From: Spirochaetia bacterium
Lineage (GTDB): Bacteria; Spirochaetota; Spirochaetia; DSM-2461
Assembly (NCBI GenBank): GCA_963666985.2
Contig: CAXXIA010000001.1
Location: forward strand, 1 to 64,000
Reading direction: 5' to 3'
DNA length: 64,000 nucleotides
Shown here: positions 41,345 through 51,690 of the stretch, in pieces
Layout: the number at the start of each line of letters is the position of its first letter
Numbering within the stretch: the first letter of the stretch is position 1
Notes under the pieces: generated by a model
The model's database searches: none
Seen by the model: the letters and a program-made list of their open reading frames with translations, nothing else
What the model was told of the DNA's origin: nothing
Position numbers and translations under genes: made by a program

Positions 41345-41581
41345 GTTGTTGTTATAGTATTCCATAAGTAATGAAACAAATTGTATCATGATTTGTGATA
41401 TAATCAAGAGGGGAGGGGCCGCAATCGTCTTCATTCCTCTTTCTTCAGCGGACCTTAATGCCGGGAAACCTTGTAACTATTTCTATTTAAAGAATATAAG
41501 ATAAAAATCCGGAATCTCAGTTTGATTTGGAATAAGGATTGTTGCGGTTCCATAGTCGGTGATAATGGCTGTATTCTTTTC

Positions 41582-41610
41582 TTGACATCAGGGAATTGGG
41601 AAAGTATGAT
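41582..41610 (+). promoter_or_regulatory. Sigma70-type promoter of the arabinan operon
   Basis: TTGACA-17 nt-TATGAT; GAGGAGG RBS before the 41661 start. Confidence 0.75.
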
Positions 41611-41660
41611 GAAATACAATATGAATCACATAACGTGATACAAATAGAGGAGGCATAATT

Positions 41661-42956
41661 ATGAAAAGATTTCTTTATGGGATTGCGGCTCTCTTTCTTC
41701 TGATTGCCGTTGTCGGCTGCGGCAATAAGGAAAAAGAGGCGGCCGCTGAAGAAAAAGGGCCTGTAACCTTGTCGCTTTGGTCGTTCCAGGAGATTCATGT
41801 TAAGTATTTTCAGGATGCCGTAGGAAGATGGAACGCGGAGAATCCGGATCGTCAGATTACACTGGATGCTCAAGTGTATCCCTATGACGATATGCATAAT
41901 AAGCTGCTTCTGGCTCTTCAGTCCGGTTCGGGCGCACCCGATATCGTCGATATCGAATTGGGTAAGTACCCGCTGTTCTTAAAAGGAACACCGCAGCTTG
42001 TTCCCATGAACGAGTATGTGGAACCCGAAGCGTCGCAGTTCATTATGAGCCGCTTCGATATTTACAGTAAAGACGGCAAGTACTACGGCGTTCCTTTCCA
42101 TGTGGGCGCGAGTGTTATTTACTACAACACGGAAATCCTGAATGCGGCGGGTGTGGATTACAAGAGCATTAAAACCTGGGACGATTATGTAAAGGCGGGG
42201 AAGAAAGTCAAAGCGGCCACGGGAAAACCCATGGTTACCGTTGAATCCACCGACGTTTGGTCCGTTTGGCCCATCCTCTCGCAGTCCGGCGGTGATTTCT
42301 TTGATGAAAACGGAAAATGCGTCGTGGACAATGCGCATAACACCGAAGTGTTCCAGTTCCTTTACGACATGGTATGGGATTCTAAAATCGCCATCGCTTC
42401 ACCAGGGGGATTTCATCATTCCGAGGAATACTATGGTTTCATGAACGGCGGCGGCGCCGCTTCCATCTGGATGCCGATGTGGTACATGGGACGGTTCACC
42501 GACTATATGCCGGATTTGAAAGGAAAAATCGTCGTGGCTCCGATGCCCGAATGGCCGGGCGGATTTAAGTCGGCCGGTATGGGCGGAACCGGTACCAGCA
42601 TTACCAACCAGTGCAAAAACCTCAAACTTGCCCAGGACTTCCTGTACTCTGCCAAGATGTCCAAGGAAGCCAATGTTAAGCTTTGGGAAGAATTGGGATT
42701 CGATCCTCCGCGCTGGGATGTCTGGGACGATCCGCGAATGAATGCGCCCAACAAGTTTACCGACTACTTTGAGAATGAGAATATCTTCGGAATGCTCCTT
42801 GCGGTAAAGGACAGCATGAACGGCGTCCGCATCACCGAGAACCTGCCTCGTATTCATGAGCAGATTAAAACCACGATTAATCCTCAGCTGATTCTTGAAG
42901 GTAATCCCGATGTCCATGGCGTTCTTGCCACTGCGGCGGCGGACGTAAACCGTTAG
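41661..42956 (+). CDS. Arabino-oligosaccharide ABC substrate-binding lipoprotein (AraN-like)
   Basis: Lipobox VVGC; YDDMHNKLLLALQSGSGAPDIVDIE and SAGMGGTGT motifs; adjacent to GH51 and GH43 genes. Confidence 0.85.
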   Translation: MKRFLYGIAALFLLIAVVGCGNKEKEAAAEEKGPVTLSLWSFQEIHVKYFQDAVGRWNAENPDRQITLDAQVYPYDDMHNKLLLALQSGSGAPDIVDIELGKYPLFLKGTPQLVPMNEYVEPEASQFIMSRFDIYSKDGKYYGVPFHVGASVIYYNTEILNAAGVDYKSIKTWDDYVKAGKKVKAATGKPMVTVESTDVWSVWPILSQSGGDFFDENGKCVVDNAHNTEVFQFLYDMVWDSKIAIASPGGFHHSEEYYGFMNGGGAASIWMPMWYMGRFTDYMPDLKGKIVVAPMPEWPGGFKSAGMGGTGTSITNQCKNLKLAQDFLYSAKMSKEANVKLWEELGFDPPRWDVWDDPRMNAPNKFTDYFENENIFGMLLAVKDSMNGVRITENLPRIHEQIKTTINPQLILEGNPDVHGVLATAAADVNR

Positions 42957-43024
42957 AATCTTTTTTAGAACGACCAATCCGCGGGGTGCAATTTCGCGCC
43001 CCGCGGATTTATCTGGAGCAGACC

Positions 43025-43906
43025 ATGAACCGGTATTTTTTTCGGGTCAGGATGGTTCCCTATCTTTTCATCCTGCCTTTTATCCTCACATTCCTGGTGA
43101 TTTACTCGTATCCGATTATTCATTCGGTTGTGATGAGTTTTCAGGAAATCGTTCCGGGAGAAACCCGGTTCATCGGACTCAATAACTACTTGCTTCTGAA
43201 AGATCCGCGGTTTCACAAAGCCCTCTGGAACAGTCTGAGGTACACCTTCTGGACACTGGCGATTCTTATTCCGTTTCCCATACTTCTGGCCGTTATGCTC
43301 AATGCTCCCGATCAGAAGGGGCGGACGGCTTTTCGGTCGATTTTCTTTGTTCCGTCTTTGGTTTCGGTTGTGGTGGCCGGTACGGTTCTTCGGCTGATTT
43401 TCGCCGGAAGCGAGAGGGGCATGGCCAATCAAATCGTGGCGGCCTTGGGGCTGCCCATCCATGATTGGCGCCTGGAAGGACCGGGACTCGCCATGTTCCT
43501 TTTGGTTCTTCTGGCCACGTGGCGATGGCTTGGAGTCAATATTGTTTATTTTCTCGCGGGCCTGCAGAACATTCCTATGGAACTCTATGAGGCCTCGCGA
43601 ATCGACGGAGCCAATCGTTTCCAGCAGTTCCGGCGTATTACACTGCCGCTTCTGAAGCCGACCATCGTTTTCGTGGTAACCATCAGCATCTTCGGCGGAT
43701 TCGCCATGTTTGAAGAGAGCTATATCTTCTGGCAGGCCAATTCTCCCAATTCCATCGGTCTGACCATTGTCGGTTATCTCTGGCGCAAGGGATTCCAGCA
43801 GGGAGAACTCGGGGCGGCAGCGGCCATCGGAGTGGTCCTTTTGTTTATTATCCTGGCGTTCAACATGACCAGTCTGAAGCTTTTCGGATTCGGTAAGGAG
43901 GACTGA
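43025..43906 (+). CDS. Carbohydrate ABC permease (AraP-like)
   Basis: EAA loop LAGLQNIPMELYEASRIDGA. Confidence 0.9.
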   Translation: MNRYFFRVRMVPYLFILPFILTFLVIYSYPIIHSVVMSFQEIVPGETRFIGLNNYLLLKDPRFHKALWNSLRYTFWTLAILIPFPILLAVMLNAPDQKGRTAFRSIFFVPSLVSVVVAGTVLRLIFAGSERGMANQIVAALGLPIHDWRLEGPGLAMFLLVLLATWRWLGVNIVYFLAGLQNIPMELYEASRIDGANRFQQFRRITLPLLKPTIVFVVTISIFGGFAMFEESYIFWQANSPNSIGLTIVGYLWRKGFQQGELGAAAAIGVVLLFIILAFNMTSLKLFGFGKED

Positions 43907-43909
43907 CGA

Positions 43910-44752
43910 ATGCTCCGACGTCCTTTCATTGAAAGAATCCTGCGAACGCTCTTTCTCCTTATCATTGCGGTTATTATCCTTATTCCCCTGTATTCTCTGT
44001 TATTGGCTTCCTTAAGGCCGAGCCGTGATCTTCTGCGGTTCGGAATTACGCTTCAAACCTTAAGTCCGAAAGGACTGGAACTATCGAATTTTATCTATCT
44101 CTTTACCGGAGAACGGGTTTATTACGGATACTGGTTTCGAAACAGTGTTTATATAACGGCACTGCAGACGGTTGTCTCCTGTTTTCTCTCTTCCGCGGTT
44201 GCTTATGGACTTTCGGTCTACCGGTTTAAGGGACGGAAAACCGCTCTGGGCGCGGTGCTTTTTCTCTTGATGGTTCCCCTGCAGATCCTGATTCTGCCGC
44301 TCTATAAACTCATGATCGGCCTGCATTTCATGAACACGGTTTTCGGAGTGATACTGCCGTTCGCGGTTTCTCCGTTCGCCGTATTTTTCTTTTATCAGTA
44401 TCTTCGCGGAGTCAGTCGGGATTTTATCGATGCCGGCCGTGTGGATGGAGTCGGGGAGTTCGGAATTTTCCTGCGGATTATTATGCCCATTATGAAACCC
44501 GCATTGGGCGCTATGGTGATTTTTCAGTCGCTTCAGGCCTGGAACAGCTATCTTTGGCCTCTGATTGTTCTTCGGGATAATTTGAAATTTACGATACCCA
44601 TAGGGCTGAACAGCCTGCTGACGCCTTATGGAAATAATTACGATGTTTTAATCTCCGGAGCGGTTGTTGCGACCGTTCCCATCATCATCGTTTTTGTCTT
44701 CTTTCAGAAGTATTTTATTGCCGGTCTTTCCGCCGGCGGCGTGAAAGGTTGA
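43910..44752 (+). CDS. Carbohydrate ABC permease (AraQ-like)
   Basis: FIDAGRVDG, WNSYLWPL and QKYFIAGL motifs. Confidence 0.9.
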   Translation: MLRRPFIERILRTLFLLIIAVIILIPLYSLLLASLRPSRDLLRFGITLQTLSPKGLELSNFIYLFTGERVYYGYWFRNSVYITALQTVVSCFLSSAVAYGLSVYRFKGRKTALGAVLFLLMVPLQILILPLYKLMIGLHFMNTVFGVILPFAVSPFAVFFFYQYLRGVSRDFIDAGRVDGVGEFGIFLRIIMPIMKPALGAMVIFQSLQAWNSYLWPLIVLRDNLKFTIPIGLNSLLTPYGNNYDVLISGAVVATVPIIIVFVFFQKYFIAGLSAGGVKG

Positions 44753-44765
44753 ACGAGAGGAAAGA

Positions 44766-46262
44766 ATGAAAGCAAAACTGCTTCTTGATAAAATGCACCG
44801 AATCGGTTCGATTGATAAAAGACTGTATGGTTCTTTTATCGAACATTTGGGCCGAGCCGTGTACGGCGGAATCTATCAGCCCGGTCATCCGGCCTCCGAT
44901 TCGGAAGGATGGCGTGAAGACGTTTTATCGCTCATTAAAGATTTGAACGTTCCGATTATCCGTTATCCCGGAGGTAATTTCGTTTCCGCGTATAACTGGG
45001 AGGACGGCGTCGGCCCAAGGGAAGATCGTCCTACCCGGCTGGATTTGGCTTGGAAGACCGTTGAAACGAACGAGGTGGGGCTTAACGAATTCGCCCGATG
45101 GGCGGATAAATCCGGGAGCGAGGTGATGATGGCCGTGAACCTCGGAACACGGGGAATCAACGCGGCGCGGAACCTCGTTGAGTACTGTAATCATCCCGGA
45201 GGTTCCTATTGGAGCGATTTGCGGCGCGAACACGGCAGAAATAATCCCTACGGTTTTAAGGTCTGGTGTCTGGGCAACGAGATGGACGGTCCCTGGCAGA
45301 CCGGCCATAAAACCGCCGACGAATACGGCCGGCTGGCAGCCGAATGCGCCCGTGCTCTCAGGCAGTTTGATGATTCTTTGGAACTGGTGGCCTGCGGCAG
45401 TTCCACGGGCGAAATGCCCACCTTCCCCGATTGGGAGGCGACGGTTCTTGAACATACTTATGAGTTCGTGGATTACATTTCGTTGCATACGTATTTTAAA
45501 AATCACTCCGATAATCTTTCTTCCTTTCTGGCCAAGTCCGTCGGTATGGATCGCTTCATAAAGACCGTGGTCAGTACGGCGGATTACATCAAGGCCAGAA
45601 AACGCAGCAGGAAAACCATGATGCTTTCCTTCGATGAGTGGAACGTTTGGTACCATTCGGAGGAAGCCGACAGCAAGCAGACTCCCTGGACCACGGCGCC
45701 TCCGCTTCTTGAAGATATCTATAATTTCGAGGACGCCCTGGTTGTGGGCTGCATGATCAACTCTCTGATTCGGAACGCGGACAGGGTGAAGATGGCCTGT
45801 CTGGCTCAGCTGGTGAACGTTATTGCGCCGATTATGACTTCCGATTCCGGCTGCTGGCCTCAAACAACCTACTGGCCTTTTTACTATGCCTCGAAGTACG
45901 GACGCGGTATTTCCCTCGGCGTGGAAATCGACGTGAACGTCTATGAAGATTCGGATATGGGTTCGGTTGACTATTTGGACGCGACGGCAACGTATGATGA
46001 AGAAGCCGGTGAAATTTCCGTATTTTTAGTAAACCGCTCCCAATCGGAAGCGGTTGATCTGGATGCGCGTTTGGGCGGATTTTTGCCCGCAGGAATCGCC
46101 GAGCAGGTTGTTATGATTTCCGATAATCCCAAGGCGGTGAACGATGAGGAGCATCCGGATCGAGTGAAGGCCGTTCCGACAAAAGCGTTCGGCATTGAAG
46201 GCGACCGCCTGAAGGGCCGCATTCCTCCGCTTTCCTGGATGATGGTGAGGATTTCTCTTTGA
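44766..46262 (+). CDS. abfA: GH51 alpha-L-arabinofuranosidase
   Basis: GSFIEHLGRAVYGG, RYPGGNF, WCLGNEMDG, SFDEWNVW and ACLAQLVN motifs. Confidence 0.95.
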   Translation: MKAKLLLDKMHRIGSIDKRLYGSFIEHLGRAVYGGIYQPGHPASDSEGWREDVLSLIKDLNVPIIRYPGGNFVSAYNWEDGVGPREDRPTRLDLAWKTVETNEVGLNEFARWADKSGSEVMMAVNLGTRGINAARNLVEYCNHPGGSYWSDLRREHGRNNPYGFKVWCLGNEMDGPWQTGHKTADEYGRLAAECARALRQFDDSLELVACGSSTGEMPTFPDWEATVLEHTYEFVDYISLHTYFKNHSDNLSSFLAKSVGMDRFIKTVVSTADYIKARKRSRKTMMLSFDEWNVWYHSEEADSKQTPWTTAPPLLEDIYNFEDALVVGCMINSLIRNADRVKMACLAQLVNVIAPIMTSDSGCWPQTTYWPFYYASKYGRGISLGVEIDVNVYEDSDMGSVDYLDATATYDEEAGEISVFLVNRSQSEAVDLDARLGGFLPAGIAEQVVMISDNPKAVNDEEHPDRVKAVPTKAFGIEGDRLKGRIPPLSWMMVRISL

Positions 46263-47227
46263 AAAAGGCCTTCGTCCTGATGTTTTGCATCGGGGCGACG
46301 CTGCCGTTCTCTTCACTTCTGGCGGCCATGCCTCCGTACGTGCACGATCCTGTTATAATCGAGTCGGACGGCCTGTACTATCTTTATGCATCAGGGACGG
46401 GGATTGCCTGCTACCGTTCGGCGGATTTGGCCGAATGGGAGAGACTCGGCGCCGTATTGGAGATCCAGCCTTCCTGGCTTTTCGAGACTGTTCCCGGGTA
46501 TGCGGGAAAGGCCTGGGCTCCGGATATTACTTACGGAGATGGTCTTTACCGACTTTACTACAGCGCCTCCACATTCGGTTCCAATAATTCGGCCATCGGA
46601 TTGGCCGTATCGCCGACTCTGAATCCCGATGATGCCGACTATGGGTGGAAAGATTTGGGGCCGGTGCTGATTTCCAAAGACGGAGAGGATGATTGGAATG
46701 CCATTGATCCCGCCGCATTCGAAGATGCGGACGGTGGCGCCTGGCTTGCTTGGGGATCGTTCTGGAGCGGGATTTGGACGGCGAGGATCGATCCTGTGAC
46801 GGGGAAGCTTTCGGAAGGAACCGAGCCGGTGCTGTTGGCCGCCCGCCCGGACTCGCCGGATAACGCCGTCGAAGCGCCTTTTATTTTTAGGCGCGGGAAG
46901 TTCTACTATCTCTTTGTCTCTTGGGATTACTGCTGCCGCGGATCGTTCAGTGATTACAAGGCGGTCGTGGGACGTTCCCGGCATCCGGATGGGCCCTATC
47001 GCGATCACCGCGGCCGCCGCATGACCCGCGGAGGCGGTATGCCCCTCTTGACCGGCGATGAGAGATATCCGGGGAAAGGGCATATCGCCGTGTTTTCATC
47101 GGAAGGCCGCGAGAGGATTGTTTATCATGCCTATGATTCACAGCGCAGCGGAATCTCCGTTCTTCAAATTGACGAACTCGAATGGGATTTTTGGGGCTGG
47201 CCGCATGCGGTTGAGACCCTTGAATAG
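46259..47227 (+). CDS. GH43 endo-1,5-alpha-L-arabinanase (secreted)
   Basis: HDP, WAPD, NAIDP, WGSFWSGI, VEAPF and WDYCC motifs; signal peptide. Confidence 0.9.
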   Translation: MKKAFVLMFCIGATLPFSSLLAAMPPYVHDPVIIESDGLYYLYASGTGIACYRSADLAEWERLGAVLEIQPSWLFETVPGYAGKAWAPDITYGDGLYRLYYSASTFGSNNSAIGLAVSPTLNPDDADYGWKDLGPVLISKDGEDDWNAIDPAAFEDADGGAWLAWGSFWSGIWTARIDPVTGKLSEGTEPVLLAARPDSPDNAVEAPFIFRRGKFYYLFVSWDYCCRGSFSDYKAVVGRSRHPDGPYRDHRGRRMTRGGGMPLLTGDERYPGKGHIAVFSSEGRERIVYHAYDSQRSGISVLQIDELEWDFWGWPHAVETLE

Positions 47228-47257
47228 AAAACGCAAGGGGAATCCCGCTTGAGTTTC

Positions 47258-47342
47258 ACCCCCCGGCGCCTATGGCGCCGGGGGGTCACTTAAAACAAAG
47301 CCCCTCCGAAGCGAATCCGGAGGGGCGTAGGGCATTGTTTTC
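47258..47342. terminator. Paired hairpins between convergent GH43 and peroxiredoxin genes
   Basis: ACCCCCCGGCGCC-tat-GGCGCCGGGGGGT (47258-47286), and GCCCCTCCG...CGGAGGGGC flanked by A/T tracts. Confidence 0.65.
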
Positions 47343-47348
47343 TCGAAA

Positions 47349-48062
47349 TTATTTCTTAAGGACTTTGCTTAAGACTTCTTCCTTGGGAATGGGCCTCTGG
47401 CAGAAGAACCAATCCTGGCACTTCATGTCTTCTTTGCCGTCCATGCGGTTCTTGGCCGTTCCGCAGGATCCGGCGGGACCGATAATCACATCATCACCGG
47501 GTCTCCAGTCGGCCGGAGTGGCGATGTTGAAGGCATCGGCCGCCTGCATGGCGATAAGGGCCCGATAAATTTCGTCGAAGTTCCGGCCGAGACTCAACGG
47601 GTAATAAATAATGGCGCGGATAACGCCTTTGGGGTCGATAAAGAATACGGCGCGGACGGCTTTGGTGGAATCCTCGCCGGGCTGAATCATTCCGTATTTC
47701 TTCGCCACATTCATGGTGATGTCTTCGATGAGCGGAAACTTCACTTCGACGTTTTTATGGCCTTTGTACTCGATTTTTTCCTGTATGGTCCGAAGCCATG
47801 CGATGTGGCTGTAAAGACCATCCACGGAAAGTCCGACAAGCTTGCAGTTGGCCTCGGCGAATTGTTTTTCCAAAGAGGCGAATGTGATGAATTCCGAAGT
47901 GCATACCGGTGTGAAGTCGGCCGGATGGCTGAAGAGGATCACCCATTCTCCGGCGTAATCTTTCGGAAAATTGATTTCTCCCTGGGTTGTAACCGCTTTG
48001 AACTCCGGAGCTTTATCACCGATGCGGGGCATCGCCGTAACTTCTTCCTGAACGTTTTCCAT
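47349..48062 (-). CDS. Peroxiredoxin (Prx6 subfamily)
   Basis: HPADFTPVCTSEF, GRNFDEI and ATPADW motifs; C-terminal CQDWFFC; AAGGAAGGAG RBS. Confidence 0.93.
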   Translation of the reverse strand: MENVQEEVTAMPRIGDKAPEFKAVTTQGEINFPKDYAGEWVILFSHPADFTPVCTSEFITFASLEKQFAEANCKLVGLSVDGLYSHIAWLRTIQEKIEYKGHKNVEVKFPLIEDITMNVAKKYGMIQPGEDSTKAVRAVFFIDPKGVIRAIIYYPLSLGRNFDEIYRALIAMQAADAFNIATPADWRPGDDVIIGPAGSCGTAKNRMDGKEDMKCQDWFFCQRPIPKEEVLSKVLKK

Positions 48063-48227
48063 AGTGTTCTCTCCTTCCTTAATATTGGAAACCAAATGTA
48101 AGAGAAGTGTAATAAAATTAGCTTTTCTTGGCAAGTTAATAGGAATGGTTCCTATTAAGAAGTGTCTGAAATTCGTATTCGGCAACTTTTGGGTGCATTA
48201 ATATGGAAAGAATTATATATTTATTTA

Positions 48228-49241
48228 ATGATTGACTTCTTCCAAGGTAAACGCCCCTTCCCTTATGACGAAGGATATTCGGGACCGGCCAAACAGGTTC
48301 GTTATTTCGAAGGCTGGTATCAGCGTCAGGTAACCGCGGACAAATCCCGTTCTCTGGCGGTTATCCTCGGCTTGTCTTTATCGCCCGATCCGCATGCTTT
48401 TATTCAGATTCTCGCCGGTCCGGAGAGCCGTGTGCTCAAAATCCGTTACGAGCTGGAGGATCTTCGGGCCAGGCGGGATCGGTATGAGGTAACTTTGGGG
48501 CCGAACCGCTTTTCCGCTTCCGGATTTGAATTGGATATCGAGCATGAAGGAAATCGGATTGCCGGCCGCGTTGAGTTCGACAACAGGGCGGTATATCCGG
48601 TGAATTTTTTTTCTCCGAGTATCATGGGCCCCTTCGCCTGGGTTCCCGGGATGGAATGCATCCACGGCGTGGTATCGATGGATCACGGAGTTCGCGGAAG
48701 CGTCCGCTGGAATGATGAGGCGATCGATTTCACCGGCGGGCGGGGGTACATCGAGAAAGACCGGGGCCGTTCCATGCCGAAGCAGTGGATTTGGGTTCAT
48801 ACGAATCAGTTTGAGACGGCCGGCGACAGTTTGATGATTTCGGTTGCCCGCATACCATGGATGGGATTTTCTTTTACCGGTCATCTGGGCTTCCTGCGGT
48901 TTGACGAACGCCTTTACCGAATCGGAACATATGCCGGAACTCATTTAACCGGAAGGGTGGAGGAGAACGGCCTGGAGCTGTGTTTCTCGCGGAGGCGATT
49001 TGAGTTGGACGTGGAAATGGAGTGGGAAGGCCGCGGCGGTCCTTTGGATGCCCCCGTGAAGGGATCCATGTCCAGAGAAATCCTCGAGGCGCCCTCATCC
49101 CGGATTAGGGCGTCCCTTCGTGATTCGGGCACCTTACTCTGGGAGGGAGAGGCTTCTCCCGCAGCCGTTGAAGTCGTCGGCGATGCGGCGGCGCTGTTTA
49201 AGTCCTGCGCTAAAAAACCGGGCGATGGAAATCCTCGATAG
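48228..49241 (+). CDS. Tocopherol-cyclase-family protein
   Basis: YFEGWY, IMGPFAWVPGMECIHGVVSM and GRGYIEKDRGRSMP motifs. Confidence 0.8.
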   Translation: MIDFFQGKRPFPYDEGYSGPAKQVRYFEGWYQRQVTADKSRSLAVILGLSLSPDPHAFIQILAGPESRVLKIRYELEDLRARRDRYEVTLGPNRFSASGFELDIEHEGNRIAGRVEFDNRAVYPVNFFSPSIMGPFAWVPGMECIHGVVSMDHGVRGSVRWNDEAIDFTGGRGYIEKDRGRSMPKQWIWVHTNQFETAGDSLMISVARIPWMGFSFTGHLGFLRFDERLYRIGTYAGTHLTGRVEENGLELCFSRRRFELDVEMEWEGRGGPLDAPVKGSMSREILEAPSSRIRASLRDSGTLLWEGEASPAAVEVVGDAAALFKSCAKKPGDGNPR

Positions 49242-49437
49242 GCCAATGTGAAATCCTCCGGATGAACCCCGAGCATTGGAGCATTGGAAATGAGGAGACG
49301 GCACAGGCCGTTGAGGGGGATTTTCGGATCGGAGATGAGAAGAACCTTATTTCTTTTCATGCATAAATAAGGCGTTTCTCAAAAAGATAAAAAGATTGGA
49401 CGGAGACCCTCGATCCGCTATATTGATAACAAACAAT

Positions 49438-51354
49438 ATGAGAAACAATCCCAACGGTTCTTGGTTCATTATTATTGCTATTTCCGTATTCATTCTTGCC
49501 GGATGCGCCGGAAAACCGGAAGTTCCCGTTCCTCATGCTTGGAATGGAGTATTGGATCTTCGAAATTGGGATTTTGATGATGATCGTATTGTGGAACTGC
49601 GGGGGCAATGGATGTTTCTTTGGAAGCAATTCGCCGATCCTTCGGAATTTCCCCCCGAAGCAGGATCGTCCGGAACCATCACGGTTCCCGGGTATTGGGA
49701 TGATTATCCTATAGGAGGAGAAAACGCGGGATCCATCGGATGGGCTACTTACGGATTGGTGATTCTCCTTCCCGAAACCGAAGAATCACTGGCCGTACGG
49801 ATGAAGGGCATCCAGTCGGCTTGGACGCTTTATGTAAACGGTAAGCGGGCGGATTCCGTGGGGGCCGTCGGAACATCTTCGCGGGATTCGATACCCCGGG
49901 ATGCCGTTCGAATCGTTCCCGTTGTTCCGGATAACGGTATTGTTCGCCTTACCCTTCATGTTTCGAATTATCATCATCGAAACGGCGGTATGTGGGAAAT
50001 CGCAAAAATCGGCCGAGAGAATTCTCTTCGGTCTTATCATGAGCTGCTGCTCGTTGTTGATGTTTTCCTTTTCGGTTTCATCATAACAATGGGGCTGCAT
50101 TATTTGATTTCTTTCTTTATGCGCCGTACCGACATGATTTCTCTTTTTTTCGGATCGTTTTGCATCTTAATTGCTCTGAGGGCGGCGGCCATCAGCAATC
50201 TGGATCATGAAGCACTGGTTTCGTTTCTGAATTGGACTCTTTTAAGAAAAATTGAATATACGTGTTTTTATGCCGCAACCGCTTGTTTCTTGAGTTATCT
50301 TCATGCCGTTTTCCCGGACGAATTTTCCCGCAAGGTACTGCGTGTTTTTCAGGTTGTCGGGATTGTTTTCGCCCTGTTCGTTCTTGTCACTCCGCCGTTG
50401 ATTTTTGAGAGGACATTACAGATTTATCAAACCATTACTCTCATCGGCGGGCTTTATTCGGTAGCGGTGCTTATTCTCGCGGTCGGTCACAAGCGGGACG
50501 GAGCCGTTATGCTTCTTTGCGGTTTTATTTTCTTGTTTATCTTGGTTATCAATGATGTCCTCTACGCCGATCAGATTCTCCATACGGGACATTGGCTTCC
50601 CTGGGGACAGCTTGTTTTCCTGATGTCCCAGGCTTATTTAATCAATCATATCTCCAACAAAATGTTCCACACGGTGGAAGAGCAGAATATCCAATTGAAG
50701 GTGAACGCGGAACTTCTCGCCGAATCCCGGCTGGGCATTATCCTTGGACTTGCCAAACTCGCCGAATATCGTGATGAGGACACCGGAGCCCATCTGGAAC
50801 GGATTCGGGAATACTGCAGATTATTGGCGAATCACCTTGCCGGTAAGGAAGAGTATCACGATTATATTACTTCCGATTATATCGACGATCTTTTCGACTC
50901 CTCGATTCTTCACGATATCGGAAAAGTCGGAGTTCCCGATGCCGTTCTCTTGAAGCCCGGTTCTCTGAGCAAGGACGAATTCCTTGTAATTCAGAAACAT
51001 ACAACGCTTGGAGGAGATGCCATCAAGAATGTTGAGGCGACCATGCGAAAGCAGTCTTTTCTGACTTTGGGTAAGGAGATCGCCTACAATCATCATGAAA
51101 AATGGGACGGCAGCGGTTATCCCAGAGGCTTGAAAAAATCTGAGATTCCCCTTTCCGCGCGGATCGTGGCTTTGGCGGACGTGTATGACGCCCTGACTTC
51201 CAAACGGCCCTATAAAGAGGCTTTCAGTCATGAAAAAACCGTGGAAATTATTATCGAAGGTCGGGGATGTCATTTCGATCCCGTCGTGGTTGATGCTTTC
51301 TTGGAAGTTGAGGATGAGTTCAGAAAAATACGCGCCGGATGGAACGAAGAGTAG
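49438..51354 (+). CDS. 7TM-DISM sensor fused to HD-GYP phosphodiesterase
   Basis: GVLDLRNW...ELRGQW...VPGYW ectodomain, 7 TM, then RDEDTGAH, LHDIGK, HHEKWDGSGYP and ADVYDAL motifs. Confidence 0.9.
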   Translation: MRNNPNGSWFIIIAISVFILAGCAGKPEVPVPHAWNGVLDLRNWDFDDDRIVELRGQWMFLWKQFADPSEFPPEAGSSGTITVPGYWDDYPIGGENAGSIGWATYGLVILLPETEESLAVRMKGIQSAWTLYVNGKRADSVGAVGTSSRDSIPRDAVRIVPVVPDNGIVRLTLHVSNYHHRNGGMWEIAKIGRENSLRSYHELLLVVDVFLFGFIITMGLHYLISFFMRRTDMISLFFGSFCILIALRAAAISNLDHEALVSFLNWTLLRKIEYTCFYAATACFLSYLHAVFPDEFSRKVLRVFQVVGIVFALFVLVTPPLIFERTLQIYQTITLIGGLYSVAVLILAVGHKRDGAVMLLCGFIFLFILVINDVLYADQILHTGHWLPWGQLVFLMSQAYLINHISNKMFHTVEEQNIQLKVNAELLAESRLGIILGLAKLAEYRDEDTGAHLERIREYCRLLANHLAGKEEYHDYITSDYIDDLFDSSILHDIGKVGVPDAVLLKPGSLSKDEFLVIQKHTTLGGDAIKNVEATMRKQSFLTLGKEIAYNHHEKWDGSGYPRGLKKSEIPLSARIVALADVYDALTSKRPYKEAFSHEKTVEIIIEGRGCHFDPVVVDAFLEVEDEFRKIRAGWNEE

Positions 51355-51480
51355 GGGATAAGACCGAGGCGAATCATCCTTGGCCGCAGGAGAATCTCGC
51401 AGCGGCCGATTACCGAAGGGAATTAGCGAGCATCCCGTGAGAGTCCGGTGAATAAAAAAAAGGCTTTGCGACCTGCGCAA

Positions 51481-51506
51481 AGGCTCTTCTCCCCCGGACA
51501 GACTCG
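51481..51506 (-). repeat. 26-bp direct copy of the tRNA-Asn 3' end plus trailer
   Basis: AGGCTCTTCTCCCCCGGACAGACTCG occurs at 51481-51506 and at 51683-51708. Confidence 0.85.
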
Positions 51507-51651
51507 CCCTTCACTTCGGGAACATCGTGTTCCCTCGTTTAGGGACGCCTCGTCATCTTTCGCCGCATCCTGCGGGCTCAGCGCTCCAAGTATTCGCGCC
51601 CGACTCCTCACTTCGAGTCTTTCAGAGAGGTCCGTTACATACGAATTGTTA

Positions 51652-51688
51652 TAAAAAAAAATAAGCCTGACACTGCTGTGTCAGGCTC
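51652..51688 (-). terminator. Rho-independent terminator of tRNA-Asn
   Basis: AGCCTGACAC-tgct-GTGTCAGGCT stem followed by a T-tract on the minus strand. Confidence 0.8.
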
Positions 51689-51690
51689 TT

